The notes under the pieces were generated by a model. That model was not told the DNA's origin. It worked only from the letters and a program-made list of their open reading frames with translations, and ran no database searches. A stretch of 45,547 nt of DNA from a virus (lineage: Duplodnaviria; Caudoviricetes). Below, piece after piece: positions 25,702 to 34,559 of the stretch. The stretch spans positions 1 through 45,547 of IMG/VR virus record IMGVR_UViG_3300044849_000010; one strand, written 5' to 3'. Made by a program: the position numbers and the translations under genes. Position 1 is the stretch's first letter. Each line of letters begins with the position of its first letter.

Positions 25702-28063
25702 AAACGTACTCCATCGTCAGCCCCAAGATGTTCATCGGAAGAGGATAGTCCTGAATAAACATCATGGGAATGTCGTTGTCCCAATTCTCCCAACTGTCGA
25801 TTTCAAACGATCCGCTCTTGAGATCCGGAGGCGAGTAGTAATCCTCGTCATCGCGCGAGAGAAGCTCAACAGCGGTCTCCTCCGTCTGCCCCACCTTGAC
25901 GCCTCGCGTGCGGTCGAAGCGCGCGTAGATAGGCCCGGTGGCCTTGAGGACGCCGTTGTCATCCCGCGCCGTGTTGACGAGGTCGAGCGTCTCCATGAGC
26001 GAGCGGTAAGGCAGGCCGACGCTTATGCGGGCATAGGCGCGAGGGAAGGCGGGAAGAGCGCCGTCCGTCACAACAAGATCGTCTAGCTCGACGCCGTCGA
26101 TCACGTAGCCATCGGCGAGGACGGTGACGCGGCGGCCTTCCAGATGGTCGAGGCCTGTCACTTGCGAGATGCAACGGCGAACGACGCCGGCCGTGTAGAA
26201 TAGGCCCGCGAGATCCGTCGTGTCGACAGCGTCTCCAGGCTCCCACTCATCGCTCACCGTCGCATGCTTAAGGCGGAGGTTGTTAGCATCGACCACCTCG
26301 ACAGTATAGCGGCCGTCGATCGAGCCAGCCCTTTGATCGTCGCTGTCGAAGAATGACGTATTGCGAATGTCGACCTCGTCGCCGGCCGTCCAGCCGTGCG
26401 CCGTCAAGGTGATGACCGTCTCCGCGCCAGTCGTGACGGCCGAAACGGTGCGAGGCTCGTCATAGGAAAGGGCGCTGTCCATGAACAAAGCGCTCTCGAC
26501 TTCGGTGAACTCGCGATCCTCCATCATCTCGATATACTTCTTCCACACTCCGCCAATGCGGCGCTCGACGATGAAGTATGGAACGTCGCGGCCATCCTCC
26601 GGGACAACGGCGACGTCATAGAAGCGGCCGCGCGTGTCGTGCTGGCACCATCCCCAAACATCATGCTCTTTCAGGTACGTAAAGGACAGGCAGTTCCCGT
26701 CATCCATCACGCACCAGATAACACCATAGGGCTTGGCAGCATACGCCCAAGCCTTGATTGTGCGCCCCTCAAACAGGTCGCGGGCGAGGAGCGTCTTGTC
26801 CGAGGCGCGGTACCCGTCGACGTCAAGGTTGTATTCCATCTCGTAGACGATGCGCTTTGTGCGGTCGGCGAATAGGATCGTTTCACCGGCCAAGATCGGG
26901 CGGATCGTTTTTGCAGATCCATAGCGGCTTTGCGGTTCAGGAAGGACGTCCTCCGGAGTGATGACAAATCCATCCCGACCCGTCACCTTCCATTCCCCGG
27001 AACGAGTGAAGACAATAAGGCCGTTCTTGATTGAGAGGATGTGATAGATATCCTGCTTCCGTTCCGCCGCAAGGGTGAAGTCGAAGCCGTCGCTCTCCCT
27101 GGACGGAGACGAGCGCGCGAAACTACGATAGTTCCCGGATTGCGTCATATATATCGTCTGCGGATTGTTCAGCGTGCCAGCAAAGACGCGCCTCTGCTGT
27201 GCGAAGGTAACAACGGATGGAAAGTTGCCTGCCCCGACGAATGGGTTGTATCCGTCCTGCGGCGTCGACGTGAAGTCTGGCGAGATATTGTTGTCCTTGA
27301 ACGTTTCGTCAGGAGTGCGGCCGATACTGCCATATACTCCATTGCTCGCCTTGTAGACCACATATTCGTCAGCGCCAGGACCGGACGCGGGAGGGTCCCA
27401 AGTGATGGTATTGTAGTTTTTGTCGTACCCAAGGACGTTGCCTGCCACAACAGGCCCGGTCGGGAGGCTTTCCTCCCCATTCCCAGAGATCGTCGAGATC
27501 TTGTAGAAATGGTTGATAGCCTCCTTGTCCTCGCCATATCCAGTGTAACCCGTGGTGGCTGCGGCGGCCTGATTTGTTGGGGCTTGGACGTCCGTGACGA
27601 AGCTTACCGTCGCGAATTGCCAGTTCGTGGCTGAGAGACGCCGAAGCTCGCGGACGTCCGTCAAAGGGTGGACGATCGTCGCGACGTCGTTCGATTGCTC
27701 CGTATAGATTTCGCGAACAATGTTGCTGCCGTATGGAGATGCGACTTCATAAGGAGCGCCTCCGCCAGCGTCCACAAATCCGCCACGGCTTACCGGGCGC
27801 ATGTAAAGGTGCCCGAACTCCATTAGGAACGCATCATCCCCGGCCGCCTCAAACGTCATCAGCCTCCCTTCATTCGTGCTGTCCTTGACCTCACCCACAA
27901 ACCGAAGGCCCGGCCGGTTCATAGCCCCACCAGTCGCGGTAATCATCATGTTCTCAGCACGCTTTAGCGACGTCAGTTTGCGGGCGATATCGTCGCGGCC
28001 GTAGAGAGCGCGAGAGATAATGCCGCCATTGAACGAGTATTGAGTTGTCCGATAATCGCTCAT
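25691..28063 (-). CDS. Tail tubular protein B (nozzle)
   Basis: SFNGGIIS..LYGRDD, PSVVTFAQQRRVF, VGLPY, QDYPLPM; 790 aa; synteny. Confidence 0.85.
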   Translation of the reverse strand: MSDYRTTQYSFNGGIISRALYGRDDIARKLTSLKRAENMMITATGGAMNRPGLRFVGEVKDSTNEGRLMTFEAAGDDAFLMEFGHLYMRPVSRGGFVDAGGGAPYEVASPYGSNIVREIYTEQSNDVATIVHPLTDVRELRRLSATNWQFATVSFVTDVQAPTNQAAAATTGYTGYGEDKEAINHFYKISTISGNGEESLPTGPVVAGNVLGYDKNYNTITWDPPASGPGADEYVVYKASNGVYGSIGRTPDETFKDNNISPDFTSTPQDGYNPFVGAGNFPSVVTFAQQRRVFAGTLNNPQTIYMTQSGNYRSFARSSPSRESDGFDFTLAAERKQDIYHILSIKNGLIVFTRSGEWKVTGRDGFVITPEDVLPEPQSRYGSAKTIRPILAGETILFADRTKRIVYEMEYNLDVDGYRASDKTLLARDLFEGRTIKAWAYAAKPYGVIWCVMDDGNCLSFTYLKEHDVWGWCQHDTRGRFYDVAVVPEDGRDVPYFIVERRIGGVWKKYIEMMEDREFTEVESALFMDSALSYDEPRTVSAVTTGAETVITLTAHGWTAGDEVDIRNTSFFDSDDQRAGSIDGRYTVEVVDANNLRLKHATVSDEWEPGDAVDTTDLAGLFYTAGVVRRCISQVTGLDHLEGRRVTVLADGYVIDGVELDDLVVTDGALPAFPRAYARISVGLPYRSLMETLDLVNTARDDNGVLKATGPIYARFDRTRGVKVGQTEETAVELLSRDDEDYYSPPDLKSGSFEIDSWENWDNDIPMMFIQDYPLPMNILGLTMEYVYGG

Positions 28064-28653
28064 CTTACATCCTGGTAGCCAGCAGTGACGTCGGTATCCT
28101 CGACGCCCTCATTGAGGTTCTTCGCGGTGGCCGCCGAGTTGGACGTGAGCCACATCTTCCAAGCCTCTTGCTGAATTTTGAGGTTCTTCGTGATCGGCAT
28201 AGCGATCTTTGACGCCAACAGCCAGGACGTGGCCTGGATGAAATCGTAATCGAACGTCGTCGGATCTTCCTTGTCGCGGGTATAGATGAAGGTCGGCGTC
28301 TCCAGGTCGCAATGCACGAGCTTGCCGGCCTGATCCGGCCGATCCGTCACCTCGAAAGGAACCGGAGGCTCGCCCTTGACGCGCTGGATCTCGAATAGCT
28401 GGAGAGCGTCGGCAGGGAACGCGAAGGCGTAGGCGTAAGGATACTTGGCCTCGATATCGAGACGCGCGCCCTTGCGATACATGGACGCGAAATTCCAGAG
28501 ATTGCCGGCTAGAGCCTCAAGCCGCGCCTCGTCATAGCGAAGCTTGCACGCCTTCTCGCTTGCGCCTGGATTGCGGCTCTCCAGCGTCTGGATCGGAGGT
28601 TGCCCGATGTTCGCCAGCGCCATGTTGCAGATGTCGACCTTGGAGATCAGCAT
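28060..28653 (-). CDS. Tail tubular protein A (adaptor)
   Basis: DICNMALANIG..WNFA..YAFPAD pattern; 197 aa. Confidence 0.85.
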   Translation of the reverse strand: MLISKVDICNMALANIGQPPIQTLESRNPGASEKACKLRYDEARLEALAGNLWNFASMYRKGARLDIEAKYPYAYAFAFPADALQLFEIQRVKGEPPVPFEVTDRPDQAGKLVHCDLETPTFIYTRDKEDPTTFDYDFIQATSWLLASKIAMPITKNLKIQQEAWKMWLTSNSAATAKNLNEGVEDTDVTAGYQDVR

Positions 28654-28658
28654 GAGGA

Positions 28659-28991
28659 TTATGCTCCGTAGAGTGTCGTCGCGGTGTCCTCGCGCTTCGC
28701 CTCTTGTGTGACGGCGATCTTGCGGAGCTGGAGCGACATGGAGCGCCGCGTCTTGCCGTTGACGGTGTTGATGCGATCTTCCGTCACCGTGGCCTCAGAG
28801 ACCAGCATGACGGGCTCGCCTGCATCAAGATCCATATCCGAGAGGCCGAGCTTTTCGATCGTCTCGTGATCGAGGTGGACGGTCAGGCCATACGGATAAT
28901 CATCCATCCGCTCGACGCTGTCGCCTTCCCAACTCTTCCGCTCCGCCTCTTTGTCTGCCTTGGTACGCTTCACGTCGACGAGGTTTTGCAC
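28659..28991 (-). CDS. Probable minor capsid-associated protein
   Basis: GTG start after AAGGAG; DYPYGLTVHLD..LGL motif; within the head-tail gene block. Confidence 0.6.
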   Translation of the reverse strand: MQNLVDVKRTKADKEAERKSWEGDSVERMDDYPYGLTVHLDHETIEKLGLSDMDLDAGEPVMLVSEATVTEDRINTVNGKTRRSMSLQLRKIAVTQEAKREDTATTLYGA

Positions 28992-29010
28992 AGCCTAGCT
29001 CCTTGTTTAC

Positions 29011-29049
29011 AAAAAAGGCCCGCTCAAGCCATGAATGCGAGAACGGGCC
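29011..29049 (-). terminator. Rho-independent terminator after the capsid gene block
   Basis: Minus strand GGCCCGTTC...GAGCGGGCC followed by TTTTTT. Confidence 0.75.
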
Positions 29050-29077
29050 AGCTCTTTCCGGGAGGAAACGGTTTGCC

Positions 29078-29581
29078 TTACGCGTCTGCCGCGCGTTCTT
29101 CGGCGTGTTCCTTGCGTTCCGACTTGTCCGCGACTTCCATCCAGCGACCCTTGCGGCCGGTGAAGTAGAAGCTCTCGCCGGGCTCGCGGATCTTGGAACC
29201 GTAGTAACCCGCCTCGACGGCAACGACAAGCTTGTTGACGAGCATCGGCTGATCTTCGGCCTTGATCGGCTTCTTCCGCTTGGATGCCTCGACGATCGGC
29301 GCGGTATCCGTTGCGGTCTTGGCGGTGGCTGGCGCGGCGGCCGGATTGACGTTCGCCTTGGCCTTGCCGGCGTCAGGCGTCGGAGTGATCGTTGCCTGAT
29401 TGACGGACTGGTTTCGGCGGAGATCCGGAAGCGCGTCGTCGAGCTGCTCCTGAGTGATCGCCGTCGTCTTGGCAAGCTGGTGGATACGCTTGAGCGACGG
29501 CCGGCCGTCCTCCTGCCAGTCGTCGTCCTTCTTGTGGTCGAGGCCGTTCGACGCCGTCTTGATCTGTTCTTTAAGGCTCAT
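29078..29581 (-). CDS. Hypothetical head-block protein with Ala/Pro/Thr linker
   Basis: RBS GAGGAG; two domains joined by a low-complexity linker. Confidence 0.7.
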   Translation of the reverse strand: MSLKEQIKTASNGLDHKKDDDWQEDGRPSLKRIHQLAKTTAITQEQLDDALPDLRRNQSVNQATITPTPDAGKAKANVNPAAAPATAKTATDTAPIVEASKRKKPIKAEDQPMLVNKLVVAVEAGYYGSKIREPGESFYFTGRKGRWMEVADKSERKEHAEERAADA

Positions 29582-29626
29582 GTCGAGCGCTCCTCTTGTT
29601 GCTTGCTGGCGGACGCCGGAGGCGGC

Positions 29627-30085
29627 TTACAGCGGGTTTGTCTGAACGGCGGCGACTACGCCGGCCTGAATGCGCCCGGCCGTCATGGGGCCGGTGGCGA
29701 CGGTGTAGTTGAGGCGGAAATACCGCTCCGTTACACCCTTGCCGTTGACGCCCTTCGGCACGTAGTTGACGACGCCGAGGTTTTCGCCGGCCTTGAGATC
29801 CGCGAGCGCGATCGCGCCCGAAGTCCATACGGTGGTCGGCGAGGAGAACGCCTCGTTGTCGTCGACCTGGAGCGCGACGGTCAGCGTCGCAGCGCCGGCA
29901 GCGGCAAAGTCTTCCGTCACCTGGATCAGGAACGGGATCATTGCGCCGATGCCGAGGTTGCGCTTAAGCGGTGCAGCGTGGCGCGGTGCAGTGCCGGCCG
30001 CCAGAAGGTCGATCACGTTGGTCGACGGAGCCGTGACCGTGATCGCCTGCTTTTCGGAGAGGAGCAGCGTCTTGTCGAAGATCAT
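29627..30085 (-). CDS. Capsid cement/decoration protein (Bbp16-like)
   Basis: MIFDKTLLLSEKQAIT..STNVIDL..RYFRLNYTV..AGRIQAG; directly after the major capsid gene. Confidence 0.85.
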   Translation of the reverse strand: MIFDKTLLLSEKQAITVTAPSTNVIDLLAAGTAPRHAAPLKRNLGIGAMIPFLIQVTEDFAAAGAATLTVALQVDDNEAFSSPTTVWTSGAIALADLKAGENLGVVNYVPKGVNGKGVTERYFRLNYTVATGPMTAGRIQAGVVAAVQTNPL

Positions 30086-30117
30086 TTCAAGTTTCCTTCA
30101 AGGTTGACCGATGGCAA

Positions 30118-30143
30118 GGGAGCCGCGACTAGCGCGGCTCTCC
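30118..30143 (-). terminator. Hairpin after the major capsid stop codon
   Basis: GAGCCGCG/CGCGGCTC stem with a weak U-tract. Confidence 0.45.
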
Positions 30144-30146
30144 AGC

Positions 30147-31217
30147 TTAGGCGGCGGCCGGGACGACGGCCTCAGTGTTGAGCAGGCTGTCCGTCTCGCG
30201 GATCGGAATACCGCGATAGGTGAGGACTTCCTTGCCTTCGATTTCCTTCGGCACAAGGCGGACGAAGTTGTCCGTTCCGGTGCTGTTCGACTGCGCCTTG
30301 TCCAGCGCGGCGAGAACGTCGGTGTTCATGTAGATCGCCGTGCGGGCGATCGGCACGGACGGATCGGCGACCGAGTTGCCCCGGTTCATGTTGTTGCCGG
30401 TGCGGGCCAGCTTGCGGCCGAGCATCTTGTAGTAGCCCTCGCGCATCAGATCGTAGACGTTCGTCGTGCCGTCCGAGATCTCGGAGATGTCGACGTTGGC
30501 AACGCGGGCATTGTAGCGCCAGTCGCGGACGGAGAGACCGAGATGCCAGCGGAACATTTCTTCGCGGACGTAGTACGGGCGGCCCTCTGCGTCGAGAACG
30601 CGCTGGCGCCCCATGTCCTCGCGCTTGACGCCGGCCTGCGTCCCTTCCGGGTAGATCAGGTGCGTCGCGTACTCGCTCCAGGTGACGAACCAGATCGAGG
30701 TATTGTCGGAGCCGATACCGCCGCCGTCGATCACCTGATTGCCAGCGCCGCCGCCGCCGATGACGTTGTAGCGAGCGCCGAGACCCTTGAAGGCTTCCGG
30801 CGTGGTGGCGGTGTCCTGGTAGAACATGCCGAGGCCCATGGACTGGTTCATGCTTTCGATGAAAGCCATGGCTTCGGAAAGGCGAACCGCGTTCTGGTTC
30901 TTCTTGAACAGCTCAAGCAAGCGTTCGTCGACGGTCGAGAGGCCTTCAAGGAAGCCGGTCGTGTCCTCGACGGTCTGGCGCTGAGACTTGCTCTGCTTCA
31001 TGCCCTGGTAAATCGCACCCCAGGCGACTTCGGGCAGGCCTGTACGGATGGAGTGCTTGTGGTTGCTACCGCTGTTGCATTCGACGGCAATCGCATCGTC
31101 GAGCTGCGGGTTGTTCTGCGCCAGCATTTCAGCGACGGAGGCAATCGCCTTGTCGCTGCCGCTGTCGTTCTTCATCATGTCGATGAGGTTGAGGAAGGTA
31201 TTACCGAGCGTCGCCAT
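30147..31217 (-). CDS. Major capsid protein (BPP-1 Bbp17-like)
   Basis: RTGLP..W, GLGARYN, NTSIWFVTW, GLSVRDWRY..RVANVD, YRGIPIRETD. Confidence 0.9.
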   Translation of the reverse strand: MATLGNTFLNLIDMMKNDSGSDKAIASVAEMLAQNNPQLDDAIAVECNSGSNHKHSIRTGLPEVAWGAIYQGMKQSKSQRQTVEDTTGFLEGLSTVDERLLELFKKNQNAVRLSEAMAFIESMNQSMGLGMFYQDTATTPEAFKGLGARYNVIGGGGAGNQVIDGGGIGSDNTSIWFVTWSEYATHLIYPEGTQAGVKREDMGRQRVLDAEGRPYYVREEMFRWHLGLSVRDWRYNARVANVDISEISDGTTNVYDLMREGYYKMLGRKLARTGNNMNRGNSVADPSVPIARTAIYMNTDVLAALDKAQSNSTGTDNFVRLVPKEIEGKEVLTYRGIPIRETDSLLNTEAVVPAAA

Positions 31218-31292
31218 TTCTTGACTACCCCTTGCTTGTTTAAGTCATGCGCGCGGTGGTAGTCACGCCCGATTTGATTTGCTTATCCCGAA

Positions 31293-31319
31293 CCGCGCAC
31301 CATTTCAAGTGGTGCGCGG
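31293..31319 (-). promoter_or_regulatory. 10-bp hairpin in the capsid leader
   Basis: CCGCGCACCA-TTTCAAG-TGGTGCGCGG with no U-tract. Confidence 0.45.
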
Positions 31320-31335
31320 CAGGATCATCCGTTTA

Positions 31336-32214
31336 TCAGCTATCGCCGTAGAGGTTTTCAAGGATTGTGGACTGTTTCGTCTGCCCCTTGCCCGGCAGCG
31401 TTCCCATTTCGCCCATCGCCTTGCCGATCCGGACAAAGCCCTTGATGAAGCCTGGATGATTGCCGAGGCCGGTCTTGTCAAGGATCGCGTCGACCTCCGG
31501 AGGGAAGAACGCAAGCTTGGCCTCGCGCGCCTTGGCCGCGTTGACATCGAAGTCCCGGCCGCCGATTTCCTTGTCAGCCTTGACCTCTTCCGCCCAGCCG
31601 GCGACGCGCTCCGCGTGAGCTTCGGACTGCTTCGCGTAGAGCTTGACCTGCATGGCCGATAGCTCCTTGACGTCTTCCTTCGACCACTTGCGCGAGGCCG
31701 CGAACTCGCGGAACTCCTTGTCAATCGCCGGGTCCAGCTCAAAACCTTCCGGGATCTCGACCAGCTCGTAGCTCGTGGGGTCGATGGGCTTGCCCTCTTC
31801 CTCCTCGCGCTTTTTCTTCTCCTCGTCGGTCTCCGGCTTGTCCTTGTCATGCTCCGCCTTGGCGGCCGCGTTCTCCTCGTCCGTCTTGTCCGGATCGTTC
31901 TCGTATTCCTTCCACTCCGGCGCGGCCTCGCCCTTCTCGTCCTTCTTCTCGGGCGGAATGATATCGCCTTCCTTCGGCTTCGTCTCTCCGCCTTCCTTGC
32001 CGTAGAGGTTCTCGCCAGCGCCGCCGTTGCTCTCGCCCTGCTGCCCGCCCTGTTCGCCGCCAGCGCCGCCAGCGTCAGCACTGCCGCCCGTCAGGATCGT
32101 GCCGCCGCCGCCGCTCTCTCCGCCCTCGCCTTCCGCGAAGCAAATGCCCGGCGAGGCCATCGAGAGAGCGGCTGCCATGCCGAAGAACGAGGAGAAGATT
32201 GAATGTCTGGTCAT
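31336..32214 (-). CDS. Capsid scaffolding/assembly protein
   Basis: Acidic and Gly-rich; TGLGNHP..RIGKAMGE..LYG; between portal and major capsid genes. Confidence 0.8.
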   Translation of the reverse strand: MTRHSIFSSFFGMAAALSMASPGICFAEGEGGESGGGGTILTGGSADAGGAGGEQGGQQGESNGGAGENLYGKEGGETKPKEGDIIPPEKKDEKGEAAPEWKEYENDPDKTDEENAAAKAEHDKDKPETDEEKKKREEEEGKPIDPTSYELVEIPEGFELDPAIDKEFREFAASRKWSKEDVKELSAMQVKLYAKQSEAHAERVAGWAEEVKADKEIGGRDFDVNAAKAREAKLAFFPPEVDAILDKTGLGNHPGFIKGFVRIGKAMGEMGTLPGKGQTKQSTILENLYGDS

Positions 32215-32570
32215 GTCCGGTTTTCCTTCATCATGGTCAGGACGTCATCCTTGGAGATCGTCCACAACACGTTAAACAGCTCGATCGCCGCCGCATGCTT
32301 GCCGTTGAGATAGCTCGTCATGTGCGGAGATGTCGGGTCGAAAGGTATCAGCGAATAACCGAGCTTGTCGAGTATGTCATGCAACATCAGCCGGCCGCTC
32401 CAGGTCGACAGCGCCGAGGCGTAGGCGGAGCGAAGATCCTCCTCCTCGTCCTTGACCGTCCGCTTGCGCTTCGCCTTCTTGTCCTTGTCCGCCTCCGTTG
32501 GCTCCAGCGGCTCCAGGTCCGTGGTGCGCTCAAGCATGTAGGCGTCGCGATCGTCCTCTTCATTCGCCAT
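32211..32570 (-). CDS. Conserved head-region protein (Bbp19-like)
   Basis: SGRLMLHDIL..FDP....SYLNG pattern; directly after the portal. Confidence 0.6.
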   Translation of the reverse strand: MANEEDDRDAYMLERTTDLEPLEPTEADKDKKAKRKRTVKDEEEDLRSAYASALSTWSGRLMLHDILDKLGYSLIPFDPTSPHMTSYLNGKHAAAIELFNVLWTISKDDVLTMMKENRT

Positions 32571-32586
32571 AGGCTAGTCACTCCGG

Positions 32587-34332
32587 TTAAATTAGGCGCT
32601 GCGGCCCGCCGCCGAGGATGTCGGCAAGCAGGTTGCTATCCCGGCCGGTGTCAGCCTTGGACAGCACAGCGGCCGTATCCGCGCCCATGGCCGCCGTCTC
32701 CATGGCTTGAGCCTGCTGCGTCTGTTTGGCGCGCGCGCTGCGGATCTCCGCCACCTTGTCATCGCTGCGGACCATGGAGGCAGGCACGCCGACGACGTCG
32801 CCATACTCGTCAACGGTTTGATCCATGTCCCACTTGTCGAGGATCTCAGGATTGCCGGCAGCGAGGTTGCCGAGGAAGCCTGCAAAGCGCTCGATGGGTC
32901 CAGCGCCGATCGCCCGTTGAGCCGTGGCGAGGAGCGAGATGTATTCAACCTCAAGCTGGAGACCGTCCAGGACGGGCGGAGGCGGCGGAAGGACGCGGTG
33001 ACGGAGGAGGATGCCAAACGCCCGCTTGACGTCGTGGTTGAGCCCCTCGTAATGCGTCCGCTCCAGGACAGGACCGAGAGCGATAAGCTTCTCCTCGTGC
33101 CGTTCAGCGATCTCGGTCGCCGTCACCTGTCGGCGGTCGCTCTCCAGCGTGGCGAGGAAGAGATTGACGAAGTAGCCGACGTCAATCCGCTGCTCAAGGA
33201 TATACTCCTCGCCTTGCACGGCCTGGAGCTGTGTGCCCTGGATCTCGTAGATCGGCCGGATAGGCTGGCCGCCGCCGCCAGCGGCCGCAATGTCTGGATA
33301 GTAGGAATTTGCGCCCGGCATATGGTTGACGCCGAACTTGGCTTTCTTCATCGACGCGGGAGACTGCGTCGCTGGAGCCGCCATCTTGTCGACCATCTGG
33401 CCTTTGCGGCGCTCAAGAACCTGCAAGCTCTTGACGATCGGCAGCACGAGCGAGCCAGGACCGTCGCCGTAAGTGTCTCCAGGCTGGAGATCCCAACGAG
33501 GAGCGGAGATCGGGTTTTCATTCGCGCCGCCGACGCCGAGGATCGCGTTGCCGCCCTGGTCAGCCACGTCGAGGCAATAATATATCTTGGTGTAGACCAT
33601 GCCATTGGGACCGCGCGCGCCTTGGATGCGGCGAACGTTCGGCTGGTCGACGCCGACGATCTTCCATGGACGCTGGTAATCGCCGGTATCGTAGGCGTAG
33701 CGAACCTCGCGCGGGATATTGCCCTGAAACTCCTCGACGAGCTGGAGCGTCGTGCGCTCCATGTCGCGGTACATGGTATCGACGACGCCGCGCCGATCGA
33801 CGCCGAGGTAGTATTCCCCCGGAGGCGAGCAATAATTGTTGATGACGTTCTCATAGTCCTCGTCGATCAGGACCGGGCCTTGCCCGAAGTCCGCCATATC
33901 GCGATAGGACTGCTGCTTGATGTGGTAATAGTTCGACGACGCGAATACCTCGTAAAGCATCCGCTCCGCGATGTTGAACCACATCTTGGCCTCTTGGCTC
34001 TCATTCAACGCCGGGTTCGACGTCTTGAGCTTGAGCCATGGCCTCGACGGCGAGGAGACGCCGGCAAGCATGCCAGCGCCGCAAGTCCGGCTGGCAAACG
34101 TTCCCTTCTCGTTGAGTACGTTCTTGGATCGACGGCGCTTCTTGCCGTTGCCGACGAGGTATCGGCCAAGCCGGAGCTGGATATACTCCGAGATGTCGCG
34201 CCATTCCTCAAGGTACTCCTGGCGCTCGCTGTTCAGCTCCGACTTGCGGTACTCAAACTCCTGCCGCTGAGACGAGAAGTTGAGGAGACGCGGAGGCGTG
34301 ATCCGGACTTTAGGTGCTTCGCCGAGGTTCAT
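32587..34332 (-). CDS. Portal (head-tail connector)
   Basis: SPSRPW, YGDGPG, VTATEIAERHEEKLIALGPVLER, VEYISLLA. Confidence 0.92.
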   Translation of the reverse strand: MNLGEAPKVRITPPRLLNFSSQRQEFEYRKSELNSERQEYLEEWRDISEYIQLRLGRYLVGNGKKRRRSKNVLNEKGTFASRTCGAGMLAGVSSPSRPWLKLKTSNPALNESQEAKMWFNIAERMLYEVFASSNYYHIKQQSYRDMADFGQGPVLIDEDYENVINNYCSPPGEYYLGVDRRGVVDTMYRDMERTTLQLVEEFQGNIPREVRYAYDTGDYQRPWKIVGVDQPNVRRIQGARGPNGMVYTKIYYCLDVADQGGNAILGVGGANENPISAPRWDLQPGDTYGDGPGSLVLPIVKSLQVLERRKGQMVDKMAAPATQSPASMKKAKFGVNHMPGANSYYPDIAAAGGGGQPIRPIYEIQGTQLQAVQGEEYILEQRIDVGYFVNLFLATLESDRRQVTATEIAERHEEKLIALGPVLERTHYEGLNHDVKRAFGILLRHRVLPPPPPVLDGLQLEVEYISLLATAQRAIGAGPIERFAGFLGNLAAGNPEILDKWDMDQTVDEYGDVVGVPASMVRSDDKVAEIRSARAKQTQQAQAMETAAMGADTAAVLSKADTGRDSNLLADILGGGPQRLI

Positions 34333-34344
34333 TGAGTTGCAGCC

Positions 34345-34548
34345 TTACTGACCGAGGAGAGCCTTGCCGACAGTCGGAGCGGCCGCGCTGTTGCCAGACG
34401 TGAGGATTGTCGACTGAGAGCCGGCCGCCGCGCGGAGACGCTTGGATGCGTCGTTCTTTGCGGTCTGGACGTTCTGGTCCTGCATGCGAGCCGGCTGCTG
34501 GATTGCGACAGGCTCCGGAGCGGCCGGTTGGCTACCAAAGACGCACAT
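34345..34548 (-). CDS. Small virion protein (T7 gp7.3-like)
   Basis: MC start, STILT..KALLGQ end; RBS AAGGAG; before the portal. Confidence 0.7.
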   Translation of the reverse strand: MCVFGSQPAAPEPVAIQQPARMQDQNVQTAKNDASKRLRAAAGSQSTILTSGNSAAAPTVGKALLGQ

Positions 34549-34559
34549 GGAAATCTCCT

